The translations under genes and the position numbers were made by a program. The notes below the pieces were generated by a model. The model was not told where the DNA came from, searched no databases, and saw only the letters and a program-made list of their open reading frames with translations. From contig OY781066.1 of the NCBI GenBank assembly GCA_963676395.1, forward strand, positions 1,344,001 to 1,408,000: a stretch of 64,000 nucleotides of DNA. Reading direction: 5' to 3'. Source of the DNA: a bacterium (GTDB taxonomy: Bacteria; Fidelibacterota; Fidelibacteria; Fidelibacterales; Fidelibacteraceae). Positions 41,353 to 50,356 of this stretch are shown in pieces. Position 1 is the first letter of the stretch. Each line of letters starts with the position of its first letter.

Positions 41353-41389
41353 TTTCCCTTTGGTCTAAATCCAAGGCTATTAAATAGTA

Positions 41390-42526
41390 TCATTTTAACA
41401 AATGCTTAATCGCTTTTTTCATGGCTTGAGGAATAGCGATCTGTTGAGGACATTTTTCCAGGCAAACCCCACATGCGATGCAGTTGGAGGCTTTTTTAAC
41501 ATCAGGGACAACGATATTATATAATCGAATGGCTTCATCCCAATCATTCATCATAGAACCATGGATCAAAAAGCGGAAGACATTGGGAATATCAACGCCA
41601 TGCGGACAGGGCATACAATAAGAGCACTGCGTACAATTCACGATCATTCTCTCGTGATAAAGGTTGCGAATATGCGTAAGCTGATTTCTTTCATTATCAG
41701 TCAGGGTATTAATACCGGAACGGTCTGCGGCTGCCAGGTTTTCTTCCACATGCCAAGGCTCTGTCATGCCGCTAAGTACAAGCCCGACTTCCTCTTGATC
41801 CCATAGCCAGCTTAATGCCCAATCTGCAGGTTTTCGATTTGGTTCAAGCATATCCCATTCTGCCTGAATGTTAGGAGGGATATTTCCGGTTAAACCGCCA
41901 CCGCGCAAAGGCTCCATGATAATAATGCCCATACCAAGAAGTGCAGCTAGTTTAAGACCTTTAAGGCCGGCTTGATAATTTTCGTCCAAAATATTGTATT
42001 GTATCTGACAAAAATCCCAAGGATAAGATATTGCGATCTCTTCAAATACTTCATATTTATCATGAAATGAAAAGCCCACATGTTTTACGCGACCATCGTC
42101 TTTAATTTTGTCAAGAAAATCGAACATGCCATTTTTTTTCATATTTTCCCATGAGGTGGCTGAGAAAGCATGCATAAGGTAAAAGTCTATATGATCGGTT
42201 TCCAGTTTTTCCAATTGAGCGTTCAGGTATTTATCTAAATCAGCAGGTTCTTGTACCAACCAACAGGGGAGCTTTGTTGCCAGTTGTACTTTTTCACGAT
42301 AAGCGTCTTTGAGTGCTTTGGCTACCAGCGGTTCAGAGTTGCCGCCATGATATGCCCAGGCCGTATCTACATAAGTGGCACCACCGTCGATGGCTTGTCT
42401 GATAAGTTTAATGGCTGCCGCTTCATCGATCTTTGTCGGATCACCATCGATCACAGGCAGGCGCATGCAGCCCATACCTAAAGCCGGGACCTTAATGCCG
42501 GTATTACCGAATTCTCTGTATTGCAT
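41390..42526 (-). CDS. Aldo/keto reductase with C-terminal 4Fe-4S domain
   Basis: LGMGCMRLP, DTAWAY, LATK, GFSFHD, MEPLRGG; CxxCxxC.PCP and CIACGVCLEKCPQ. Confidence 0.92.
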   Translation of the reverse strand: MQYREFGNTGIKVPALGMGCMRLPVIDGDPTKIDEAAAIKLIRQAIDGGATYVDTAWAYHGGNSEPLVAKALKDAYREKVQLATKLPCWLVQEPADLDKYLNAQLEKLETDHIDFYLMHAFSATSWENMKKNGMFDFLDKIKDDGRVKHVGFSFHDKYEVFEEIAISYPWDFCQIQYNILDENYQAGLKGLKLAALLGMGIIIMEPLRGGGLTGNIPPNIQAEWDMLEPNRKPADWALSWLWDQEEVGLVLSGMTEPWHVEENLAAADRSGINTLTDNERNQLTHIRNLYHERMIVNCTQCSYCMPCPHGVDIPNVFRFLIHGSMMNDWDEAIRLYNIVVPDVKKASNCIACGVCLEKCPQQIAIPQAMKKAIKHLLK

Positions 42527-42541
42527 ATGGTTTCCTTCTTA

Positions 42542-42570
42542 TGTCATCCCGACCGAAGTGAAGGGAGCTC
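42542..42570 (+). repeat. TGTC-tagged REP-like repeat, family B, solo copy
   Basis: TGTCATCCCGACCGAAGTGAAGGGAGCTC. Confidence 0.65.
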
Positions 42571-42620
42571 AAATTAAACAATTCGTTATAAATAATATCG
42601 AGGCGCGATAAATCGCGTTT

Positions 42621-43043
42621 TTACACAAGCTTTGATTTTAAAATCTCAAAAGCAATCTCAACATTCTCCACCTCAATAACCGCATTCTCCATGGGACACA
42701 TGCCGTCACCGCTACGATTGATAATATATGGCACTGTCTCCATGGTATGAAGATCAAGGTTGAGTTTTTTAGCAGAAGAGACGGCGTGCTGGCTTGCGAG
42801 GGGTGTATAAACCTCTTTTGCACCAAGATAGGCCGCCAGCATAAGTGCCGCTTTGCCGATGACTCTGTCAGCAATACTGCAGTCGGTATAAAAATCGCGC
42901 GGATGAACTTCCAAGGCATCAAAAAAGGGCTGAATGCCTTTCTTGAATGATCTAAAAATAATGTCTCCGTCTTTCGCGATCACGAAAACGCAATTATCTT
43001 TTCCCAGGAATGATTTTGCGAGGGTGATGTTGGTATGTCTCAT
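42621..43043 (-). CDS. DUF1893 (TM1506-like) protein
   Basis: ADRVIGKAA, VPYIINRSGDGMCPME; start moved to ATG 43043. Confidence 0.85.
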   Translation of the reverse strand: MRHTNITLAKSFLGKDNCVFVIAKDGDIIFRSFKKGIQPFFDALEVHPRDFYTDCSIADRVIGKAALMLAAYLGAKEVYTPLASQHAVSSAKKLNLDLHTMETVPYIINRSGDGMCPMENAVIEVENVEIAFEILKSKLV

Positions 43044-43442
43044 AGGAGAAGATAGTGGAAATATTTTAAATGAAAAATAAATAAATGTGACCTGTGTTAC
43101 ACTTTTAGATCGGTAGTGAATATTCAATTTAAAAATTTGTTATCTACGTATTATTTGCTATTATTATGATAATAAAAGAATAAATATTGGGTAAGGGGTT
43201 GAGGCATTCATTTTCGTCATTTGGATCGACGAGATCATTCAATGTATGCTCAATGATGAATTTGAAGAATTTCCTCTTTCTTCACCCAGAAAGATCGGTT
43301 TGTTTGTGGAAATGATGTAGGGTAGAAGAGTGTTAGAGTATTCAATAAAATCAGTACAGATTAAACTTACCCTTTAAGGTATAGCAATTACTATTGGTAT
43401 AGTAAGTTGAAACCTAAAATAGTGAAAGAAAAAGGAGTAATT

Positions 43443-43658
43443 ATGGCTTATTATGTTGGACTAACAGATGATCCAGACGCGAGGAAGCAGCAGCATGGTA
43501 ATCCCAAGGACTGGACAATAACCGGCCCTTTTTCTAGTGAACAAAGTGCTAGGGACTGGGAAAAGGAACAAATTGCTAAAGGTCACAAAGGAGGCCCCGG
43601 AGGAGCGGGATGGCGCTATGGATATTGGTACATCATCACTAGTACCACTATCGAGTAA
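43443..43658 (+). CDS. 71-aa hypothetical protein with GIY-YIG-like motif
   Basis: SD AAGGAG; YYVGLTDDPDARKQQH ... FSSEQSARDWEK ... WRYGYWY. Confidence 0.7.
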   Translation: MAYYVGLTDDPDARKQQHGNPKDWTITGPFSSEQSARDWEKEQIAKGHKGGPGGAGWRYGYWYIITSTTIE

Positions 43659-44037
43659 AAGAGCGCAGTATACAACTATCAGAAACCTATTTGCAGTAAA
43701 GTATGCTTTCCTGTAAAAGGTTGAGGTGAAGTGTTATATTTTTGGAAGACAAACTTAAATTTAAGAAAGAAAACTTTAAAGTTATGAGTTGAACTCAGGT
43801 CGTTTTTCTAATTATGTGTAACATAATTAGATTTAGACTATTTTCAGTATTTTAAGAAAAAGATTTACAGTAAATATGTATGAAAAACTATAGAACATAT
43901 ATGAATTTTAAAAAATTGGTAATGATCTCGAAATTAAAAGTATTTTAATAATAAGCATAGTAGAGGACTTGAAGAATTTTGAGGATAATCGGAAATTGAT
44001 GGGAAAGAATTTATTAACATGAAAGGCATGAAATTAT

Positions 44038-44550
44038 ATGGGAGTTAGCATAAAAGAAATTCAGGGCCACGAAGAAGCATCAAAAAAACTCGCAAAAGAT
44101 GTTCAGAGAAATAATGTAAAATTTTATGATATTGAATCTTTTAAGAATAAATATAGCTTTATTAATTATCCAGAAGAATATCTTGAAAAATGTGCTAATG
44201 TAACCGTAGCTATATCTGGTTCATATGATGCAAACTGGATGTTAGTTGCTCCATATAGAGTTGATATTGTAAAAGGGACAGATCAGAAAGTATATGATCT
44301 TGACCCTATGATTATAAACCTTGATTCAAATAATGATATTGTATTTCCGACAGCATATATTAGGTATCATGGAGATTTTGGAAACAGAGGAGTTGATATT
44401 AATGGAGTTTAAAATTTAGATCAGAAAACAACTGTTAAAACTCTACGAGAGTCTTTTTGTACAGGTTCTGTTTCATATGATGATGCACCACCGGAAATTA
44501 ATGCTGCATTGCAACATATGGTGAATATTTTTTCATTGAAAGAAAAATAA
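44038..44550 (+). pseudogene. Hypothetical gene interrupted by in-frame TAA (44410-44412)
   Basis: 124-aa ORF; the same frame stays open for 45 further codons to TAA at 44548. Confidence 0.5.
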
Positions 44551-44579
44551 AATAAGCAATAAAATGATGTTATTTAGAT

Positions 44580-45680
44580 ATGGAATATAATACAATTTAT
44601 ACATTGAATTCCCGTGATAACACTAGATTGGAAATCATAAAATCTATTTTTGAATTAAATGATCATCAAATGTTCAATGAAATTAATAATTCTTTTAAAT
44701 TATTTTTAGATGTGCTTTCTTCTAAGAAAATTGATTACAATAATTTAAAGAATACTCTAATTCCCAATCAAAATCGAAATGAAGGAGTATTTGTTTTTGA
44801 TTCCTTAAAAATCGAATCATTATGGTATGGATATAAAATATTTGAACAAATAATCCCAGTATTTGAGAAAAGTAGCAATCATAGTGTTTTGTGTGGTGAT
44901 TATATTAGTAATTATATAAAACAAGAAAGACTTTATCAAGAATTTCAAAAAAGCTTAATACCAATAAGAGCTTACGATTATAGTTATAGTAATCAATTTT
45001 TTATGGTATATGTAAATAATCTTTCAAATCAGATGGTATCATCTTATAGGGAAAAATTATTTAATTATAACCCATATATTGGTTTTATTGATTTAAATTT
45101 TTCCTCATTTATGAAGGCATATCTTTCTACTATACTCTGTAGCTGTTTTATTAAGCATAAAAATATAATAATTATGGGGCATGCAGATGACATTAGTAAT
45201 GATGAAAATATTAATATAACCGGTTATCCATTTGAAGAACATGGATATGTTTGTAAAAGTATACAATCAATGATGTTTGATACTTTTTTATCTTATAAAA
45301 TTGAACGACCGATTTTTGAAAGTAATAGCTCAGATATTTTAATGTCAATTAATGCTATTACTTCAAATGTCTATGAGATTAAGAATTTTAAAATATTAAT
45401 TGAGGATGAAAAACTAAAATATTTATTAAAAGAAAAGGGAAAAAAACTTAAAAAAGCTGGTTTATATAATTGTAGTAAAACAGAACTTGTTAAACAAATT
45501 AAGAATAAGATTGATAGTAATTATATTTACAATTTAAGATGTCTTGAAAACTCCGGCACATTTCTATTTAATATTATTGTTGAAATTAATACTGAAGATA
45601 CTGGAGAAGTTGTAAAGTTAACATTAGCCCTTGAATATATTCCCAAAGAAAAACTTCTTAGATTGATAACTGTATTTTGA
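44580..45680 (+). CDS. Hypothetical protein, very AT-rich (probably horizontally acquired)
   Basis: 366-aa ORF in AT-rich DNA; no motif recognised. Confidence 0.75.
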   Translation: MEYNTIYTLNSRDNTRLEIIKSIFELNDHQMFNEINNSFKLFLDVLSSKKIDYNNLKNTLIPNQNRNEGVFVFDSLKIESLWYGYKIFEQIIPVFEKSSNHSVLCGDYISNYIKQERLYQEFQKSLIPIRAYDYSYSNQFFMVYVNNLSNQMVSSYREKLFNYNPYIGFIDLNFSSFMKAYLSTILCSCFIKHKNIIIMGHADDISNDENINITGYPFEEHGYVCKSIQSMMFDTFLSYKIERPIFESNSSDILMSINAITSNVYEIKNFKILIEDEKLKYLLKEKGKKLKKAGLYNCSKTELVKQIKNKIDSNYIYNLRCLENSGTFLFNIIVEINTEDTGEVVKLTLALEYIPKEKLLRLITVF

Positions 45681-45751
45681 ATTAGTGTAGTATAAGGCTA
45701 AACCCTCACAGCTCTCTGTGTCCAGTGTAACCCTAATTATTAACCCTCTCA

Positions 45752-45801
45752 GAGATCCTGAATAAACATCAGTCAGCTGACGGATATTTTTCAGGATGAC
45801 T
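45752..45801 (-). repeat. REP-like repeat, family A variant
   Basis: Minus strand: AGTC-ATCCTGAA-AAATATCCGTCAGCTGACTGATGTTTA-TTCAGGAT-CTC. Confidence 0.85.
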
Positions 45802-45952
45802 ATGCCCCGGTGTTTTTCAACATTTCAACACTTTCAACCTTCGCCTCGGGCTACGGTTGACAGGCAACGTTTCAACTTCCGGTCTGAAGCCTAAACCTTG
45901 CTCTTAATAAATAAATCCCTTAACTTTCCTGATTAAATCAGGAAAGGATCCC

Positions 45953-46522
45953 ATGCTCTCATTTCTTACTATACTCGGTATTGCCATTGCTCTGGCCATG
46001 GACGCCTTTGCGGTCTCCATCTGTTACGGTTGCGGCTTAAAGAAATTTTCCGCCAAGGTGATGATCTGGGTGGCGCTGGCTTTCGGCGTCTTTCAGGGCG
46101 TGATGACCTATTTGGGCTGGCTGGGTGGATCGCTGTTCGCAGAAGCCATTCAGGCGGTGGATCATTTTGTAGCTTTCGGCCTGTTGGCCTTTATCGGCGG
46201 GAAAATGATCTATGAAGCGTTTACCGAGCCGGATGAATGCTATGTGGTTGATCCAGGGAAAATGGATGTAAAACGCTTGCTGATCCTGTCCCTGGCGACC
46301 AGTATCGATGCCCTGGCGGTAGGATTGAGCTTTGCTATATTAGAGACCGAGATCCTGATGCCATCGTTGATCATTGCCGCTGTTACACTCATCTTTTCAG
46401 TTGTCGGTGTTGCTGCAGGCCATGGCTTGAAAAAGATACTGGGGCGAAAGGTCGAGATCGTGGGGGGTATTATCCTTATCTTGATCGGACTTAATATTTT
46501 GATCACTCATTTGAGTGCCTAA
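45953..46522 (+). CDS. mntP: Manganese efflux pump MntP family
   Basis: ALAMDAFAVS, FGVFQ, DHFVAF, ATSIDALAVG. Confidence 0.92.
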   Translation: MLSFLTILGIAIALAMDAFAVSICYGCGLKKFSAKVMIWVALAFGVFQGVMTYLGWLGGSLFAEAIQAVDHFVAFGLLAFIGGKMIYEAFTEPDECYVVDPGKMDVKRLLILSLATSIDALAVGLSFAILETEILMPSLIIAAVTLIFSVVGVAAGHGLKKILGRKVEIVGGIILILIGLNILITHLSA

Positions 46523-46533
46523 AGGAGAAACAT

Positions 46534-48507
46534 ATGAAAAAATTTGTACAAGCTGATGATATTTACCAATTGAATTTTGTAGGTTCACCGCAGATGACAC
46601 CCAAAGGGGATAAAGTTATTTATGTGAATAAACGAGCCGATAAAAAAGATCAAACTTATTATTCGAATTTACAGATAATCCATTTAGCCAGTAAGACGGA
46701 TACGGTGTTTACCGCTAGAGGAAAATATGCCGATGCTATGCCGCGAATTAATCCTAATGGTCGTCAATTGATCTTTTTACGTGTTGAGAAGGGAATCCCT
46801 TCATTGCGTTCCATTTCGATGTACGGCGGTGAATCAAAAGAGTTGACCCAATTGCCACAAGGAAATGTATTGGATGCAAAATTTTCACCTGATGGGAAAC
46901 AGATAGCGGTTCTTTTTGCCAAATTAAAAGAAGATATTCCTTTGGAAGATGGCAAACGGAAAGAACCCGTATGTCGTGATACCGAGCGCTTGTTTTATCG
47001 CCTCGACGGTCACGGTTTTATCGATGAAGAACCCGCTCAGATCTATTTGCTCAAAGCCAACGGTGGCAGCATAAAAAAACTCACAGACGCCACTCACGGT
47101 GTTGCACAGTTTGCCTGGTCTCCCGATGGATCAGAGCTTGCCTACTCGACTGTAGATCATGAAGTGCTTGAAATGCACATGGATGAAGAAGATATTTTTG
47201 TTATCAAGCTTGCCGATAAACATGTCTCAAAATTGACTAAGCCGGCCGGCCCCATATCCTTTATAAAATACTCGCCGGATGCTAAAATTTTATACTTTGG
47301 TGGCCATTTTAATCCACACTATTCTTGGGGTGCCGATAATACGGATATTCAGGCTTTGGATCTTGAAAGTGGAGAGATCAAGAATTTGACGGAAAAGCTG
47401 GATCGCACAACCGATATGTTGACCTTGGGTGATATTACGCCATCCTTTGTTCCTCAGTCACCCATCATTAAAGATAACAAAATGTATTTTACTATTTCGC
47501 GTGATGGTGCCAATCCTTTGATGCTGCTTGATCTTGAAAGTGGAGAGGTCGATACCTTGCTTGAAGGTCCCGAATGTGTGGTTACTTATTCAGCCTCCGA
47601 TGATATGGAAAATATTGCTATTCATCTCGCGCAAATGGAACGACCCGATGAAATATGGCATTTAGCATTGGGTGAAGAAAAGAAACTGACGCGTGTATCT
47701 TTTGCTAATGACAAATATGTCGATAAATTAAATTTTAAACTTCCGGAAATCATCAAAGTACCCGTGGATAAAGTGGAGGTTCAAGCTTGGCTTCAATTAC
47801 CACCTGATTTTGATGAAAAGAAAAAATATCCACTGATTCTCAATATTCATGGTGGTCCTCGAACCCAATATGGTTATACATGGTTTCATGAGATGCATAC
47901 ATTTGCATCAAATGGTTTTGTGGTTGTGTATTCCAATCCTCGCGGATCTCAAGGATATGGCAAGAAATTTGCCGATGCCATTACCGGTAAGTGGGGGGAA
48001 CCTGCAATGACCGATTGTATGGCTGTTGTGGATGCCGTTGTGGAAAAGGGATATGTTGATCCGGAAAAACTTTATGTTACCGGTGGCTCTTATGGTGGAT
48101 ATATGACCAACTGGATCGTATCGCAAACCAATAGATTTCGCGCGGCTGTGACACAACGCTCTATTTGCGATTTGGGTACTTTCTTTGGTACCTCTGATAT
48201 TGGCTGGGATCTGGTAGATGAATTTAAAGGTACGCCTTGGGAAAAACCTAAAACCTATGAAAAATGGTCACCGCTTACATATCTCAAGAATATTGATACA
48301 CCGCTGATGATCATTCATTCCGAAAATGATCTTCGATGCCCAATGGAACAAGCTGAACGTCTTTTTGCCCCCCTGAAATACATGGGTAAAGATGTGCGCC
48401 TTATTCGTTTCCCGGAATCTTCACATGGCTTGAGTCGTGGCGGTCGTCCCGACCGAAGGATAAAGCGCCTGGAATTGATGGTGGAATGGTTTAAGAGTAA
48501 GGAATAA
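46534..48507 (+). CDS. S9 family peptidase (acylaminoacyl/dipeptidyl peptidase-like)
   Basis: PD40-like propeller, IHGGP, GGSYGG, ENDLRC, ESSH. Confidence 0.92.
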   Translation: MKKFVQADDIYQLNFVGSPQMTPKGDKVIYVNKRADKKDQTYYSNLQIIHLASKTDTVFTARGKYADAMPRINPNGRQLIFLRVEKGIPSLRSISMYGGESKELTQLPQGNVLDAKFSPDGKQIAVLFAKLKEDIPLEDGKRKEPVCRDTERLFYRLDGHGFIDEEPAQIYLLKANGGSIKKLTDATHGVAQFAWSPDGSELAYSTVDHEVLEMHMDEEDIFVIKLADKHVSKLTKPAGPISFIKYSPDAKILYFGGHFNPHYSWGADNTDIQALDLESGEIKNLTEKLDRTTDMLTLGDITPSFVPQSPIIKDNKMYFTISRDGANPLMLLDLESGEVDTLLEGPECVVTYSASDDMENIAIHLAQMERPDEIWHLALGEEKKLTRVSFANDKYVDKLNFKLPEIIKVPVDKVEVQAWLQLPPDFDEKKKYPLILNIHGGPRTQYGYTWFHEMHTFASNGFVVVYSNPRGSQGYGKKFADAITGKWGEPAMTDCMAVVDAVVEKGYVDPEKLYVTGGSYGGYMTNWIVSQTNRFRAAVTQRSICDLGTFFGTSDIGWDLVDEFKGTPWEKPKTYEKWSPLTYLKNIDTPLMIIHSENDLRCPMEQAERLFAPLKYMGKDVRLIRFPESSHGLSRGGRPDRRIKRLELMVEWFKSKE

Positions 48508-48576
48508 GTATACGAGCAATTGAGTGGTTAAGTTCGTTACTCTTAAGATAAATGATAATTAAAGAGGAGACGAAAA

Positions 48577-48740
48577 ATGGGAACGAACTACCATAGTTTT
48601 CGTGATTTAATTGTGTTTAAAAATCTTATTCTTTTGGCTCGAAAATTTACAAATTTGTAGAAGATTTCCCGGATTTCGAAAAATTTTCATTAAGCTCACA
48701 AATCAGACGATTATCTCGGTCAATTGCAAAAAATGCTGTG
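48577..48740 (+). pseudogene. Frameshifted, truncated four-helix-bundle (23S rRNA IVP/S23-like) gene
   Basis: SD AGAGGAG; MGTNYHSFRDLIVFK then, after a frameshift, KSY..KIYKFVEDFPDFEKFSLSSQIRRLSRSIAKN. Confidence 0.75.
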
Positions 48741-48814
48741 CTCAATGATGACACATCCGGACAAGTTTTGTTACATACACAAATAACTCATACTGCTTAC
48801 TTTCTACTTCTTAC

Positions 48815-49789
48815 TTATTCCGTATCACCCAGCACGATCTGTTCGTTGATGCTTACGGATTTTTCTTTGAGCTCTTTGAGAAGACGTTCCTGCATTTCTT
48901 TAGCGGGATCTTCACCGTAGAGTTTAAGTAGGTAGTTTAGGGCAATGGTTTCAACGATCACGGAAATGTTTTTTCCGGGATTAATGGGGAGCCGGATATG
49001 CGGGATCTTCACGCCAAGGATCTCGATGTATTTTTCATCAAGCCCGAAACGCTCATAGGAATCGCTGGGATCCCAGCGAAGCAATTCTATCATGATCTCC
49101 ACACGTTTTTGCAAACGTACGGCACGAACGCCGAAGGTTTTACGTACATTGACAATGCCAAGACCACGAACCTCGATGGTATCTTGCAATAATTTTGCCG
49201 GTTTACCGATGAGGACATCTTTTTCGGTTTGTTTGATGTTTACCACATCATCAGCAACTAAACGATGACCGCGTTCCACTATATCCAATGCGATCTCACT
49301 TTTACCGATACCACTTTTGCCCGTTAATAAAATACCAATACCATAGAGGTCAACCAAACCACCATGAATATCGGTGCTGGGAGCAAAACGCGAATACAAA
49401 TAAGTACCGGCATCTTGCAGGAATTGCATGATATTGATGTCGGATTTTAATAGTGCAACTTGCTTTTCATTGGCAAGATCAATAATGATAGGGGGAATAT
49501 CGGAAATATCCACAAAGATCACCCCCGGCGTCTTATAGGAAAACATTTTTTTAAAAATACTTTCCATAGCTGCGGGAGATAAGGTTCCGAGAAACTGCAT
49601 TTCTTTTTTTGAGAATACTTGCAGTTTATGGGCCGGGTAATCTGTCCAAAAACCGGTTAATTCCAAGCCCGGAATATTCAGGGCAGACGATATCACCTCG
49701 GCATCGCAACCTACATCTTTATTGATCTGCTCAAGTTGAAGCTTGTCTTTGGTCTCCTCGATCAGATCCCGTATTGTAAATTTCTTCAT
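48815..49789 (-). CDS. hprK: HPr(Ser) kinase/phosphatase
   Basis: HGGLVD..GKSGIGKSE, GHRLVADD, EVRGLGI. Confidence 0.96.
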   Translation of the reverse strand: MKKFTIRDLIEETKDKLQLEQINKDVGCDAEVISSALNIPGLELTGFWTDYPAHKLQVFSKKEMQFLGTLSPAAMESIFKKMFSYKTPGVIFVDISDIPPIIIDLANEKQVALLKSDINIMQFLQDAGTYLYSRFAPSTDIHGGLVDLYGIGILLTGKSGIGKSEIALDIVERGHRLVADDVVNIKQTEKDVLIGKPAKLLQDTIEVRGLGIVNVRKTFGVRAVRLQKRVEIMIELLRWDPSDSYERFGLDEKYIEILGVKIPHIRLPINPGKNISVIVETIALNYLLKLYGEDPAKEMQERLLKELKEKSVSINEQIVLGDTE

Positions 49790-49790
49790 C

Positions 49791-50078
49791 TTAGTTATTG
49801 AAATGTCCTTTATACTTTCTTAATTGCCGTTGCATTTTATCAATGCCGAGATCTACAGATTTGATCAGTTCCTCATCTTTTTCAGTGATAGTTAGTGTTT
49901 TTTGAGGTACATGAGCAACAATCTCGGTTAGGTACTCGAAATTTTTGATCCTTTCTAATACTATATGAACCGATGTAATACGTTCGAAGACTTTAAGCAG
50001 TTTTTTTACTTCGTCCTCCACATATTTACGGGTTTCTTCGGAAATACTAAAGTGTCTGGCTGTGATCAGTATTTTCAT
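49791..50078 (-). CDS. hpf: Ribosome hibernation factor (HPF/RaiA)
   Basis: MKILITARHF..YVE..SVDL..DKM.RQLRKYK; next to hprK. Confidence 0.9.
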   Translation of the reverse strand: MKILITARHFSISEETRKYVEDEVKKLLKVFERITSVHIVLERIKNFEYLTEIVAHVPQKTLTITEKDEELIKSVDLGIDKMQRQLRKYKGHFNN

Positions 50079-50356
50079 AGCTATCTCCTTTATGTTATGT
50101 TGATTACACTCTCATGACTCAATATACGAAAAATATTTTAAATGTGGGGAAATAATTGTTTCAGATTTTTTCTGATTTACGAGTTATGTGCTATGCTTAG
50201 AGGAGAACGATAAGAACTATAAAAGATCAAATATAATTTGATTGCAGATTGTGTTTGAAAGAGCTTCAAGCGTATGGCAGTAGTTTACAGGTCTGATTAT
50301 AGATATCAAAAATACTCCGTTTATCAAGATTAACTGCAAAATGGAATTTATAGCTA

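Noticed and set aside
43130..45720. Integron cassette array
   Set aside because: No attC-like RYYYAAC...GTTRRRY sites or intI recognised
45802..45952. yybP-ykoY Mn riboswitch upstream of mntP
   Set aside because: Expected from context, but I cannot see the conserved GGGGAGUAGC-type motif
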